DNA of 64,000 bases, taken from Lama guanicoe. Lineage: Eukaryota. Location of the stretch: assembly GCA_013239625.1 (NCBI GenBank), contig MU054187.1, positions 22,199,280 through 22,263,279 of the forward strand, in the 5' to 3' direction. Below, in pieces: positions 1 to 12,010 of this stretch; positions within the stretch are counted from its first letter, which is position 1, and each line of letters opens with the position of its first letter. A model generated the notes under the pieces. The model was not told where the DNA came from. It did no database searches and saw only the letters and a program-made list of their open reading frames with translations. The translations under genes and the position numbers were made by a program.

Positions 1-1219
1 TAACAAAACTTTAATGATGGATCTAGACTAAACTAAACACTGGTGATTTGAGATCCCCAAACTCTTCTAATCCAATTAGGTAGTTGAAGCTTGAATTGGA
101 TCACTAGGGAACTAAGAGTAAGTAAATTGGTTTTTCTACAATTTCAGTACATTGTTAACAGAAAGGCAGAGAGAAAAAAAAACCCTCAGATCAAACAAAT
201 GATGTTTTCATATCAGTAAAACTAAATCAGAAAGACACAACTTTTATAGGTCTCAAATTTCTTTAAAATTAGTTATAATAATGTGTTGATTTTTTATACT
301 CTATGGATAGGTTTGGTTTGTGCTTCTTATTTTAAGTTTTGTTTTAACAGAGAAGATGTAATTGACCGCTCCATGCTGACAATTTGTTCTTTCTCTCTCT
401 CTCACACACACACAATTAATTCATGTCAGTCTAATTATCTGAGTGAAACTGCTCCCATCTTGCCTAGCAAATCAACTGCATTTTGAGCGGCTGTGATGGT
501 CCCAGCTGGCTGGCTAACCTGCTTCCCCTTTCCTCCGCCCACCTTCATTCTAGAGGCTGGAAGAATTCACTTTTTAAAAAATTCTTTACAGCTCGAATAG
601 TCATGTGACTGGTTTCCAACCAATGGCATCATGATGACGTAAGATGACATTTGGGGATTTCTGACAAAATTTTTACTCTGTTCCTCGCTTCCTACCTTGA
701 AGGAAAATGTGGCTTCCATGGAGTGGACATCTTGAGACCATGAAAAGTCGCCATAACACACTAACAAAAGTGAAATAAGAAGAAGAAAAAGTAAGCCTGG
801 GTCTTGGATGACAGAGGTGAGGAGGTGAACACATCCCTAACTATTACAGCAGAACTTTGGATTTCTTTCCTGTTTACTGAGGAAGGGTTTTTCCCTCATA
901 TACCAAGATGCAAGTCTGTTTTATAAAACGTTACAAGGATGCCATCTAAATGACTCGTGAAGTTAAAAATGCGACTTTTTTTTAAATGCCACTTTTCCCC
1001 CAAAGATGTTAAGCGTGTTAAAGGTGCCACCATCTTATTTCTCGTCACTAAAATGAAGAAAGGAACATAAGAAGAAAAGGCAGAGGTGGGTTACACAGAT
1101 TATATATGTACTAAGTGGGTTCATGGTTGAGATGAGGTATGTTTGAATCATTGTAGGGTTTTTTCCCCAGTTCTTTGTATTACTTCCTATATTCATAAAA
1201 ATGCTTATTATCAATTTAC

Positions 1220-1355
1220 ATTTTTTTAATTTTGTTTTTAATTTGGGGGGGTTAAGTTTGTTTATTTATTTATTTTAATGGTGGTACTGGGGACTGAACC
1301 CAGGACCTCATGCATGCTAAGCACGTGCTCTGCCACAGAGCTATGCCCTCCCCCC
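1220..1355 (-). mobile_element. tRNA-derived SINE (Vic-1-like, camelid)
   Basis: Reverse complement begins GGGGAGGGCATAGCTC, has a B-box-like GGTTCAGTCCCC and an A-rich tail; similar to the copy at 31955. Confidence 0.85.
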
Positions 1356-1449
1356 TCAGTTTATCTTTACTTTATATCCGCTTTACTCAATTTTAAGCTC
1401 TGGGAGTGCGCAGGTGCTTTAGACTTCAGCTAAGCAGATGCCACATTGC

Positions 1450-1645
1450 TGCTCACTCATTTACACCTCTGTGATCTTAAACAAGTTACCCGATCACCTC
1501 AATCCTCAGTCCCCACACCTATCAGCTAGGGATAATGATAAAACCAGCTTCACAGGGGTTCAGTGAAGACTGCAGGAGCGAATCCACACAAAAACTTCAG
1601 CACGGTTTTTGGCACGGATATGGAGCCAGCGAGTGTTCGCTATGA
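1450..1645 (+). mobile_element. MIR SINE (diverged)
   Basis: TGTGATCTTAAACAAGTTAC...CCTCAGT...GGGATAATGATA...TGGCAC follows the MIR core and tail. Confidence 0.6.
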
Positions 1646-1664
1646 TCACTGTAACCACTTCAGC

Positions 1665-1885
1665 TGTATTTAACAAATACCTATAAGGCACCGACCCAGC
1701 ACTTGGCAGATATTAACTTACTCATTCTTCACAAAACCAGGTGAAATTGTTGCTGTTGTTTTTATTGTTATTATTGTATCAATTTTATGTTAGAGGACAC
1801 AGACAAATGGATAGCTCTCCCAGGATCACGCAGTTCAAACACGACGAGCTGGGATTGGACAAGGAAAGCCTGGCTCTAGAGTGTC
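1665..1885 (-). mobile_element. MIR SINE (diverged)
   Basis: CCCAGGATCACGCAG...GAGCTGGGATTGGA...CCTGGCTCTAGAG resembles antisense MIR. Confidence 0.5.
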
Positions 1886-3969
1886 CTGGGGCCCCCCGCT
1901 CTGCTGCACCACCTTCTCCTGTCCCCCCACTCCTTCCTGTTCTCTGACAGTTCCTAGTAAGTGGCAGGCAATCAACAAACAGACAGGACCACAGAATTTC
2001 CAGTAACAGATGTAGAGGTTAATTTTAAAAGACCCTAAAAACCTTTTGATCACCTTTGCTTAAAATATAGACTGTTTAGCTTAATTATATTTCTGTTTAT
2101 TGAACTAAATATCAGCTGCCTGGATTATAAGAGAAAAGTAGGGTTTGAATAATCTTAATTATGATGACTGCTTTCAATAATCCTCATTATTTTTTCACAG
2201 CCAGCAGATAAGTCTCTAGATGTTTAAAGCAGGGACACTTGCCAATTATCTTGATTTGTAAGAGTGAAGGCACCCCTTTCACCCGAAGGCTGGGATATGA
2301 GACAGAAGAAAGCATTCTGAAGCAATTAGTTTTCAGTGGGATTTGAAATTCAACATATTAATTTGAAATTTACTTGCAAACTTTCCATTACCTCTGACCA
2401 ATGACCCTGCTAAAGACAGAGGCTGTTTCTTCTTTAAAAGACGGGAAGTCTTTTGTTCCCTGGGCAGCTTTTCACATGAGTGTGAATGCACAGTCTGCAC
2501 TTTCCAAACTCCTTTTCAGACACCACCACGTAGAATTTCCCATCATCATGTGGCGACTGGGACTGCAAAGTAGCTTCTACCTGCTCCCGATGGGCGTTCT
2601 CCCTGCAGCAGCAGCTCCTTAAAAACTGGAGCCATGGGCTCCAGTTGCCTGGAAAATAATCACAGACAAAATTAAACAGCAGGATAATACAAAAAGACGT
2701 GTGTGCTGGTGGGATGGTATTGGCCCCAGGTGAAAAGTGAAAGATGAGAAGCCAAAATCCTAATGACCAGATCATTCTAACGTAGTCAGCTAAAAAGATG
2801 CGGTAGCCTTTTTCTTCCTCTTTTTCATTCGTTAACTGAGCTAAGGTCACATTGAAACATATTAGTTTGCATGGATGGGAAAAGGCTGAATTCAGCCTTA
2901 TCTACTCCCCTCTCCACACCAGAGAAATCCAGAATGGCATTGGCTCCAACAGAATTAAATGCAGGAAAAAATAAACATGCTGGTTTGTCTTGACTATGTT
3001 TTGCTCATAATACTAACAATTAATTACTAAATGATTAATTGAAAAGGTAGAGTCTGCAAACCTGAGGAAATTATTTAACTTCTCTGTGACTCAGAATTCT
3101 CAGCACATATACTCTGCCTTTAGCCATTCTAAGTTATTTGCAATTTCTCGAAGGGACCACACGTGTTAAATATTTATATTTCCAGTCCCCATATCTATTG
3201 TCTGGCACTTAGGAGGTTCTTGGTAGATATTTGTGTTTAGAGTTGCAGGAAAATCTACCATAACAAATAATTGGGGAAGAGAAGGAGCATGGCTGCTCAT
3301 TTGCTATTTTCTGCTCTGGTCTCTCATTACACGATTAATTATGCTTGTATGAATGCACAAGCCCTGGGAAAATAAATCATTTCCAAGAATTTATTAGAGC
3401 AAGAGACTTGGCCTTAGAAGAGATCAGAGTGTTGCAGCAATGTCTTGGCTGTAACTACAGTATTCTTTTACTTTGTCTGTGGCTGGATTTAATTTTTACA
3501 ATGAAAATGCAAGCTACAATAAGTAAAGTCCAGAAGCTTGAAACTGACCAAATTAAAAAATAAATGATCAGGCCAAGAATAGCACTTATTGTACCACATT
3601 GCTGTCACCGGCATATGTGTCTGTCCCTTCTACAAAACTAGAAGCTTCTTGAGAGCGGGAACTATATCTCACCCATCTTCAGACCCAGGGATGATGCTCA
3701 ATGTATTTCATAACCCGCATGAGAGAGGTTCTGACCAATCAGAATAGAACCAATGTGGCCCCAGTTTTGTGCCAGTTAAGTATTAGTCCTAGCATGTCCC
3801 TAGTGTCTACGAGCCCAGTGCCTGGGGAAATACAAGGTGCAAAATAAATATCTAGTGCATGGATGAATAAAGGAATAAATAAGTGCACGAATGCCACAAG
3901 CAGACCATTCTACCAAGCCTGATTCTCCCAGGATTGTCCTACAATCACTCTTTAAACCTCCTTTGGAGT

Positions 3970-4520
3970 TGTTAGAGCAGGCAGGTCACTAGATATGAGC
4001 AGGAAAAGGGGACATGGGCCAAACGGCAGAAAACCATACAGCTTGTGAACAACGGGGGCCCTTGAATAGACTAAGAAAAACAGGATCCTCCAGACTGATA
4101 AAAAGCCATACCTTCTGGGTTGACAAATGTCCTAGAGGCAGAAGGGTGGGACAGGACAGGAATCCCCATCATCCAAATGTAACCTTTTGTTTATTATGAC
4201 CTCACCCAACTTCCCGATCGAGACTAAATAAGGATAAAAAAAAATCGCTTCTCTCCACCCGGGAAGGTGGAGCTGGGATGAAGATCAGGAAAGACGGCTC
4301 TAAACTCCTCCCCAGCAATGAATATTCTGCCCATTCATTTTTACACCCATATAACGAGCTTGCTAAGAAAACCCAGGGCAGCTACTCACCTGGCTCTGCC
4401 CGCTCTTTCCTTGACAGCGTACTATCTATCCCTTAATAAACCCTTGCTTTGCTTTCTTGACCTCCGTGTCTTGTTTCTGAATTCTTTCTGTGACAAGACA
4501 AGAGCCTCTCGCCCACAGCA
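3970..4520 (+). mobile_element. ERV1-class solo LTR
   Basis: TG...CA termini, AATAAA at about 4435, near-TSD GAGT/GACT. Shares its 5' end (TGTTAGAGCAGGCAG...GATATGAGCAG) with the LTR at 44384-45042. Confidence 0.85.
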
Positions 4521-4890
4521 GACTGAATGTCCTTGCACATTGCAGAGACCAGGGCGGCAGGGATTGTGGAAGCCACGTGACCTCCAGGCCCCGGAACCAT
4601 TGGCAATGGATTCAGTTAGCCCAGGGCCTTGTGATTGCTCCTACAACCTGGGGTACTTTTAAGAACGTAATCTCAGCAATAAACATAGAAAGCAAGTCAA
4701 AACTCCCCTTGCCCTGAGACTTGTCTCCAGAAGACAGGCTGATTGTCTCAGTGCTGTCCACGTAGGCATGCCACATTTGGATGCAGAAATGATGGATTTG
4801 TAAGAGGCCTCTAATACTTATCTTATGTTAAAATAGGAAACCCATTGAAAATGTTTTTATCATCCCATTCTGTAGTTTTGGATAAGCATT

Positions 4891-4954
4891 TGTGTGTGTG
4901 TGTGTGTGTGTCTGTGTGGGTCTGTGTGTGTCTGTGTGTGTGTGTGTGTGTGTG
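4891..4954. repeat. (TG)n microsatellite, interrupted
   Basis: Read directly from the sequence. Confidence 0.95.
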
Positions 4955-6002
4955 TTTATGTAGAAAGGTATAAAAAATTATCATCAAAGTTTATGAAAAG
5001 ATACTCTTTCCTACTAAATACATTTGAAAAGAAACCTTAACCCCCTTATTTGTTCACTTATCAACAACAAAGCATCAAATATTTATGGAATCTTTTAACA
5101 GGCAGTTGTCATTTGGCAGCCACCCAGCATTCATGCTTCTTTCTTAAGAGATCCATGTAGCTTTGCAGGAGCAAGAAATTTCAAGATTTCCCTCCATCTA
5201 AAAAAGTTAAAAGATTTCCAAGAGGTGTCAGACTCTTCTTCTCACTGTCCAGGCATAAGCAAGGGTGAGCATGGAGCCTAAGCTGGTCTGATCACTCTCT
5301 GTTCAGACATTTTTGAATTGTGGGTGGGGTGAAACAAGCACAGAAAAGCAGGTGGAATGGATTGATGGCAGTGGCTGTTTCTATGGGAGATTCTCAAAAA
5401 TACTTCCTGCTGCAGAGTGTCCCGGGCTTGGATCTTCATCCCCTTTCTTCAAGCTTTTAAGCTCTTTCATATATTATCAGTAAGTATAATTCTAGTTGAA
5501 GTTAAGCAAAATTAGTTTCTGTTATTTGCAGGGAAAAACTAAAACTATGGTTGGTGTAAGATACTGGAATACGAGCAGGTATATAGTACTGTCCTTGTCC
5601 TCAGTCACTGGACCACCCGGATGAAGACAGAAAGACCATGGGTGAGAGTTCCAGCAGGAGGCAGAAAATGAGCTTGAGTGGGATGGAAGTAGGAGAGAAT
5701 CTGAGCGAATTTGGGGGTCAGGTTGTTTGGGATAGAGGATCGCCCCTGTCACCATTCCCACTCCTTGACTTTGCTCAGTTGGTTGGTAGCCAGTCTTGAC
5801 AGCCCAGTGTCTCTATAGGATGGATAATGCAGACAGAAAAAAAGCAAATGTGGCTGCTGCACTCAGAGAAACTGCTATCTAGTTGGAGAAACACGTTTTA
5901 TACATTAAAATATTAGAAAATAATACAAAACAGGGTATAGCTCGGTGTTAGATTTGGTAGTGCAAACCCTAAGCCGTATAGGACATCAAAGAAGAGAGAA
6001 TG

Positions 6003-6538
6003 TCTACCAGAGAAGAACAAACCTGACTCCATATTGGATCAGATCCTTTAGCGCTAACCCTGTGCTCTGTTGCCTGCACTTCGTCATACTGGTTCCGCAC
6101 CTTTTGTAAAAGATACTGCCTGTAGCCTGAAATATATATGGTAGCCCATTCTCAGGGCTCTACCTCCCAGGCTTGACCTTTAAAGGTATGACACTTTTCC
6201 ATTCAGATAGAGATAAAAAGTTGCAAGACAGAGAATAACATTTGTCTTGGAGGTTTACAGGAACATCTTGACCAGATCTCTGTGGACAGATGCAAGAACA
6301 AAGGATTGTCACACCCTCTCCAGGGTCTGGCCGGCACTGAGAAGTTTGCAGCAACGAGCCATGCTGCCTCCCTTCTAATATAAAAGCCTGAATTCTAACG
6401 CAAGTAAGATGGTTCTTTGGAACACTAGTCTGCCATACTCTCGGTCTGCTGGCCTTCTGAATAAAGTCACAATTTCTTGCCCCAACAACTCCTTTCTTGA
6501 TTTATTGGCCCAGAAGTATGAGCTTGGACTAGGTAATA
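6003..6538 (+). mobile_element. ERV1-class solo LTR
   Basis: Perfect 4-bp TSD AATG, TATAAAA at about 6379, AATAAA at about 6460, mutated termini (TC...TA). Same family as 22857-23376. Confidence 0.85.
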
Positions 6539-7473
6539 AATGGACAGTAGTAAGATCAGACATTAGAGAGAAGCTTCTAGCTTCTGAATTAGTATCAGCT
6601 AAGTCAGAACAACCTTTAAATTTTGCCAATTCAGTGAAAATATTCAGTTTATTTGTTTGGTTCTAGGCATTATATAGACCCAAAATTAAATCCTTCTATT
6701 TACATTTTTTAATCTTATTTCTTTTGATACCATGGACATCTGTAGCCTGAATTAGATTTACAAAAACTAAATTGACTGGGTTGTCAAAATACATGCACAC
6801 ACACACACACACACAAACCCTGGTAATAGAATTTACATTTAGTTTTATCCTTCAGTGAGAGAATAAATGAACACAGAACTTCAGTTTTTTTACATTTCAA
6901 TTCTTAAAAGTAGTAATTTCCCATGAAAATCTATGTCAAAAATAGTTAACTCTCCTATAGTTGTAAAAATGTCCAAAATACTTTGCATGTGCATCACGTT
7001 ATTCAGTGAAGGCTGGTAAATGTTAAACAATCTCCCCTCGGTGGCGGGTTAGGGAAGCACCGCTTAGCAGCCTGGTCAATTTCTGTGGTGTAAATACCCC
7101 CACTCTGGAGGCGTTCAAGACACCGACCTGATGTCACTGAGGGTGGAGGTGGACAGATGAGCTCTCCAAAGTCACGCAGCCCAGCTCTAGCACACTGCTT
7201 GTTCTGGCATCTCCTGTGCACGACAGATTCGATCAGGATCATGTCCTCCAGATTGATAAGTGGGATCAGAAAAGGACTCAGAGGTCAACTTGTCCAACAT
7301 CCACATTTTCAAATATGGAAAATTGGGATCCTATGCAGTGATTGACACACACATGATCACGTTATCAATTAAGAGCTGACTGTGGGGACTGGATAGGCAA
7401 GAGGCTAAATTCTTTTTTAAAAATTTTATTCCACCAATTCTATTTCTAATTTTTTAAGGAACGACCATACTCT

Positions 7474-7595
7474 GTTATTTTGGGGAGAGGGTATTTATTT
7501 CTATATTTATTATTTTTTAATGGAGGTACTGGGGATTGAACCCCGGACTTAGTGCGTGCTAAACTCGCATTCTTCCATGGAGCTATACCGTCCCC
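7474..7595 (-). mobile_element. tRNA-derived SINE (Vic-1-like)
   Basis: ATGGAGGTACTGGGGATTGAACCCC...GAGCTATACCGTCCCC is the antisense of the family consensus seen elsewhere in the window. Confidence 0.85.
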
Positions 7596-10500
7596 AACAA
7601 GAAGCAGAATTCTAAGCTACTTGGTCAAGTTTCCATTCAAATGGCAGTCCAGTTCTAAAAGTGATCTCTGTCTTCCTAGCTTGGAGAGATGTCCAAATTT
7701 CCAGTCTCCTTTTCATGTTTATACACCCTCCCTGGCTACTAGTACAGGCTTCCCTCATCCCTAAAGAGTGCCTGGATAATCTTGTCACTGCTTTCATTTT
7801 CGTTTCTTGCACAATGTTTCTTGCACAATTAAAAAACAATCAAATTAGCAACAGCATGCCCACTGTTTCCATGCCTATGTGACTACCAGTGGTGATGGCC
7901 CTTGGCCCCACAATAGCTTCCCCACGTTCTGTCACCATGCCTGAAGTTTCACCACTTATTCCTGTGATCTTAAAAGACTTTTCTAGTTTCCTAAGTCCAA
8001 CACCATAAAACCTCCTGGGCAAGTTACTTTGCCGTATATGTTAAGAAAATTCTATTTATAGAGAACTGAGAAAAAGTTACGAAAATCAAATGTGTCAGAA
8101 TTTGTTTAAAGTTCATTATCAAAAGTGGAGTTAAGAAAACCCTACAACCCAACTTCATATATTTAACAGGTTTGCCTATGTTTGAAATTAATTTCATAGA
8201 AACTCTTCCATACAGCAAAATTTTAGTTGTAAAGTCCACTAAAACCTAAAATAAAACTCTGCTAGTTGACTCTCGTAAGAACAAGAAACTGTATTTTTCT
8301 TCTTTTGTGCCTGCTTTTTTTAAAGTCATAAATTGTTTAAGAAATCCCTTCTGTGTTACTTTGACTCTCAAATAATTTTATATTTATTTATTATTATTAT
8401 TATTTTTTAGGATGCACAGAAAATGCAATTGTTTTGTGAGGGTACACTGTATTTGTTACCAATGTAGAATTGTGCTAGTTTTAGAACTACTTTTGGATAT
8501 TGGTGGTGGGTGTAGGGTTCACTATGCTTTTGAAATATTAGAATGAACTGGCTGGCCATCAGCCCCATGAAAGGCAATCCACTCAGCTGACTGCTTAGCC
8601 AGGAGATTGTTTCCTTTGGCAGTCGACATGGAGAGGATATTTGCTTTATCTGTGAAATATATATTTAGTAGAAATAATAAGCATAACTTTACAATTCTGG
8701 ATGAAAAATGATCTGTTTACTCTGAGAATATCAAACGAGCAATCTTATAGATCTCAATAAAAATGGAGAGAAAAAGGATGACTGGGATCATAGAATGTGT
8801 CAGCAAAATTATCTCCCATCCCATCCCCTCCCATCACTCTCAGAGCTAGGCCTCCTCTTCTTCCTGCCTTCCCACCCCCACCTCCGGGAGCTGCACAAAG
8901 ATGCCACAGATAGCTGACTTAACACAAAACCAAGATACTGCCCCTTCTCCCATTTCAGGAGAATGATTTCACAATCCATTACCAGCACCCTCCCTCTCAT
9001 GGTACAGCCTAGACAAGCCACTGTGCCCTCCACTGGGGGACACGCCCGCCCGCCCGCCCCCTCCTCTTCCATCCACCCATCCCTCCGCCCCCTTCAGACC
9101 TCAAGCCCTGGTGCTCTGTGGCTTCTGGGCAGTGATTCATTGATTTCTTGATGGTTTGCTTTGCACTCTTCCCAGAAGACAGTGTCAAAAAAAAAAAGCA
9201 AAGGTGAGCAGATACCTCAAAATATATGAAAAATACATTAAGGGAAAAAAAAACTTACGTAGTTGCTTTATCTCAGGACACTTTAATTTCTGCACTCCAT
9301 CCTTGCCTGGCCTCAGAGAGTTAAGGTTCATAAGCAGGATTAGAGCAGAGACAGGCAGGGACAGATTAGGCGTGCCCTGGGACAAAAATAAGCGAAGGAA
9401 GCAGGGCTATGCTCTCAGGCGTGGAGTAATTTAATTTGCTGGGAGGGAGGAAGGGATTGTTTAGGGGCTTAAATCCATGGGGGTATCTGGGATGCTGATG
9501 AAGTCTGACTTTTTATGTTTTGTGGGCATTTTGACAGATATATAAAGATGAGCAGAAAAATGACTCATTATTTCTTCTAGGAAGGAAAGACTATAGGGTT
9601 TTTTTTTTAATTATTTAAACCCTATTTCCATAAAATACGCTTTGCATGGACTATACCTTTTAAGCTCATTGTTAGGAAGAGGCTGATATTCAGCGTGATT
9701 TCAGCGCAGGGTCTCAATAATTAACCCCGTAGAGAGACAACAGAATGTTTAGCCACTGGATGCTTATCTGAGACATTGCTAGTGAAAAATATTCTAAGCG
9801 GCCCCGTTTTACGATTTACACATGGAAGGAGAGAATGCTCAATGGGGAGGAAACATTGATTTGCTTATAAATAAGATGAACTGCAGTACCTGTGAGGGGC
9901 TGGGGAAAAGGTGCGAGGTGATGGTGGAGGGTTCCTCCCCCAGACACCTCACAAAGTCCTATGGGAAGGCGAGCTCCCGGGGAGCACACTGCTGGGCTGT
10001 CTCTGACCGGCTGTGACCTTCAACACAGGAACCTGCTCCATCTCCAGAGGCGCAGGGAGTGGAGCCGCCAGGGGTGCCAGCGGGGTTAAAGGGCTTTGAA
10101 ATCCAAACATGTTATAACAATGGGGTATCACCGCAACCCCAAACACCTTAAAAGAAGGCTCCCTGTCTGAGAGGGAATTCAACATCTTTAAACAAGATCC
10201 TAAATACACAAAAAAGGATGCTTATTAAGCAACTAACTCATAGAAATAGTACAAAGAGAAGTAAAGTGAATGACAGATCCCAAGGACCTTCTGTTTTGGC
10301 TAGGGCCAAGTCTAATGCCCTAATTTAAATGAAAATGTATGTTTCCCCAGGACACGTGTCAGAAACAGCTGTTGGCTACTTGATTAAGGCTAGGGGATAC
10401 TTCTACAGAGATGGGGTGGACAGCTTACACACCTGGCTTCTCAGAGCACTTTCCAGCACTCTGGCTTTTTGGGTAACAGCACAGCAGAAGAGGCAGCTCA

Positions 10501-10647
10501 AACCACGTGGTCTTCTGTAAGCCCCTTTACCTCCCGTCCTGTAGCTTTGCATCCTCCAAGGAAAGGTTATAACTGTTTCCAAATGTGACTTTGTAAGCAG
10601 ATAGAGTTGGGGGTGGGGGTTACCAGACAAAGAAAACCAGGCGTGGC

Positions 10648-10803
10648 TTTCTTTTTTTTTTTTTAACAATTTTATTGTAGTGTAATTTTTGTAAAGCAAA
10701 CACATATTTCACATGTACAATCTGATGAATTTTGAGGGATGTATGTACACCTATGAAACCCCCACCACAATCAAGATACGTAACATTTCCATCCCTCCCT
10801 AAG
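10648..10803 (-). mobile_element. Old L1M-type 3' end fragment
   Basis: Poly-T followed by ...TGTACAATCTGATGAATTTTGA...CACCACAATCAAGATA...AACATTTCCATC. Confidence 0.7.
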
Positions 10804-10804
10804 A

Positions 10805-11004
10805 GGTGCAAATTTCGAACTCCCAATTCATCCCTTCCCACCCCCTTTACCCCCTGGCAACCATGAGTCTTTTCTCTGTGTCTGTGAGCCTGTCTCTGTT
10901 TTGTAAATACATTCATTTGTGTCTTTTTTTTTTTCAAGATTCCATAAATAAGCAATATCATATGGTATTTTTCTTTCTCTTTCTGGCTTCCTTCACTTAG
11001 AATG
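10805..11004 (-). mobile_element. Lineage-specific L1 3'UTR fragment
   Basis: Closely resembles 18270-18460 of the longer L1 copy. Confidence 0.8.
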
Positions 11005-11010
11005 CTTTCT

Positions 11011-11545
11011 TGACTGAAGACAAGCCATTTTTGGCCTGAGTCGCTTTGTGATCTCAGCCTGGCCATGGTGCTTATCCTTGAACAAGTCTCAATACCTACT
11101 GATGCTAAGGGGACAGAGGAATGCAGAAATGAATGACTGTTATCGGGCAAGAGAAGTAACAAGAGCAAAGATAATATGTTAAGTTGTAAATATGTCAGTT
11201 GTAAAGATTCCCAGTGCTGTTTCGATGGTAAAGATTAGCCTGAAACGCTCAACCACCAGATCCACTGGAACCTAAGGGGTGATGATGTCACCCTTTCTGA
11301 CCCTTGTGACTTCCGTCAACTAAAGCTTCGACTCTTGGGACAGCCCAAGCCCCTTCACGAGTATGCATGTGCCCTTAGCTTAAAACTTCCCCAGTTTTGC
11401 TACTGGGGAGACACAGCTTTGGGAAAGATCCCTGAGGTTCTCCTTACTTGCTGCAAATAATAAATCCTTCCTTTTCCCACTCTTTGGCTTGGTTGTGTGT
11501 TTTGACTCGATACCCCTCAAGAGACGAACCCAGTTTAAGAAAACA
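11011..11545 (+). mobile_element. ERV solo LTR
   Basis: TG...AACA termini, AATAAA at about 11459 followed by a U5-like T/G-rich tract. TSD unclear. Confidence 0.7.
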
Positions 11546-11634
11546 ACTCTGTGGGTAGGTGGAGTAGGCAGCTGTCTGCTCTGGTTCAAGGAATGTAGAA
11601 GCAGCTCCTTACTCCGTCAAGATTATCCATTTGT

Positions 11635-12010
11635 TTCTTTTTTAATAGCTTTTTGAAATATAATTTATATTCAGTAAACTGAACACATATAAAATGTACA
11701 TTTTGATACATTTTGGTATATGTATACAATCATTACTCTCAAGATACCAAACAAATCCATCACCCCCCAAAATTTCCTTGTTCCCCTTTGTAATCTCCCC
11801 GTCCTGTCCCATCCCACCCCCTCAAATTCCGAAGTAACTATTAGTCTGCATTCTGTTACAATAATTTAGTTCGCATTTTCTAAAGTTTTATATAAATACT
11901 ATCACATGACATATACATATATTCTTTTGGTCCAATACCTTTCACTCAGCATAACTTTTTTTTGATTCATCCATACTGTTATATGTATCAATAGGTCATT
12001 CCCTTTTCTT
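11635..12010 (-). mobile_element. Old L1M-type 3' end
   Basis: TTTAATAGCTTTTTGAAATATAATTTA...CTTTCACTCAGCATAA...GATTCATCCAT, typical antisense L1M 3'UTR. Confidence 0.75.

Noticed and set aside
10620..11168. 182-aa ORF
   Set aside because: It is a chance read-through across an LTR and two L1 3'UTR fragments.
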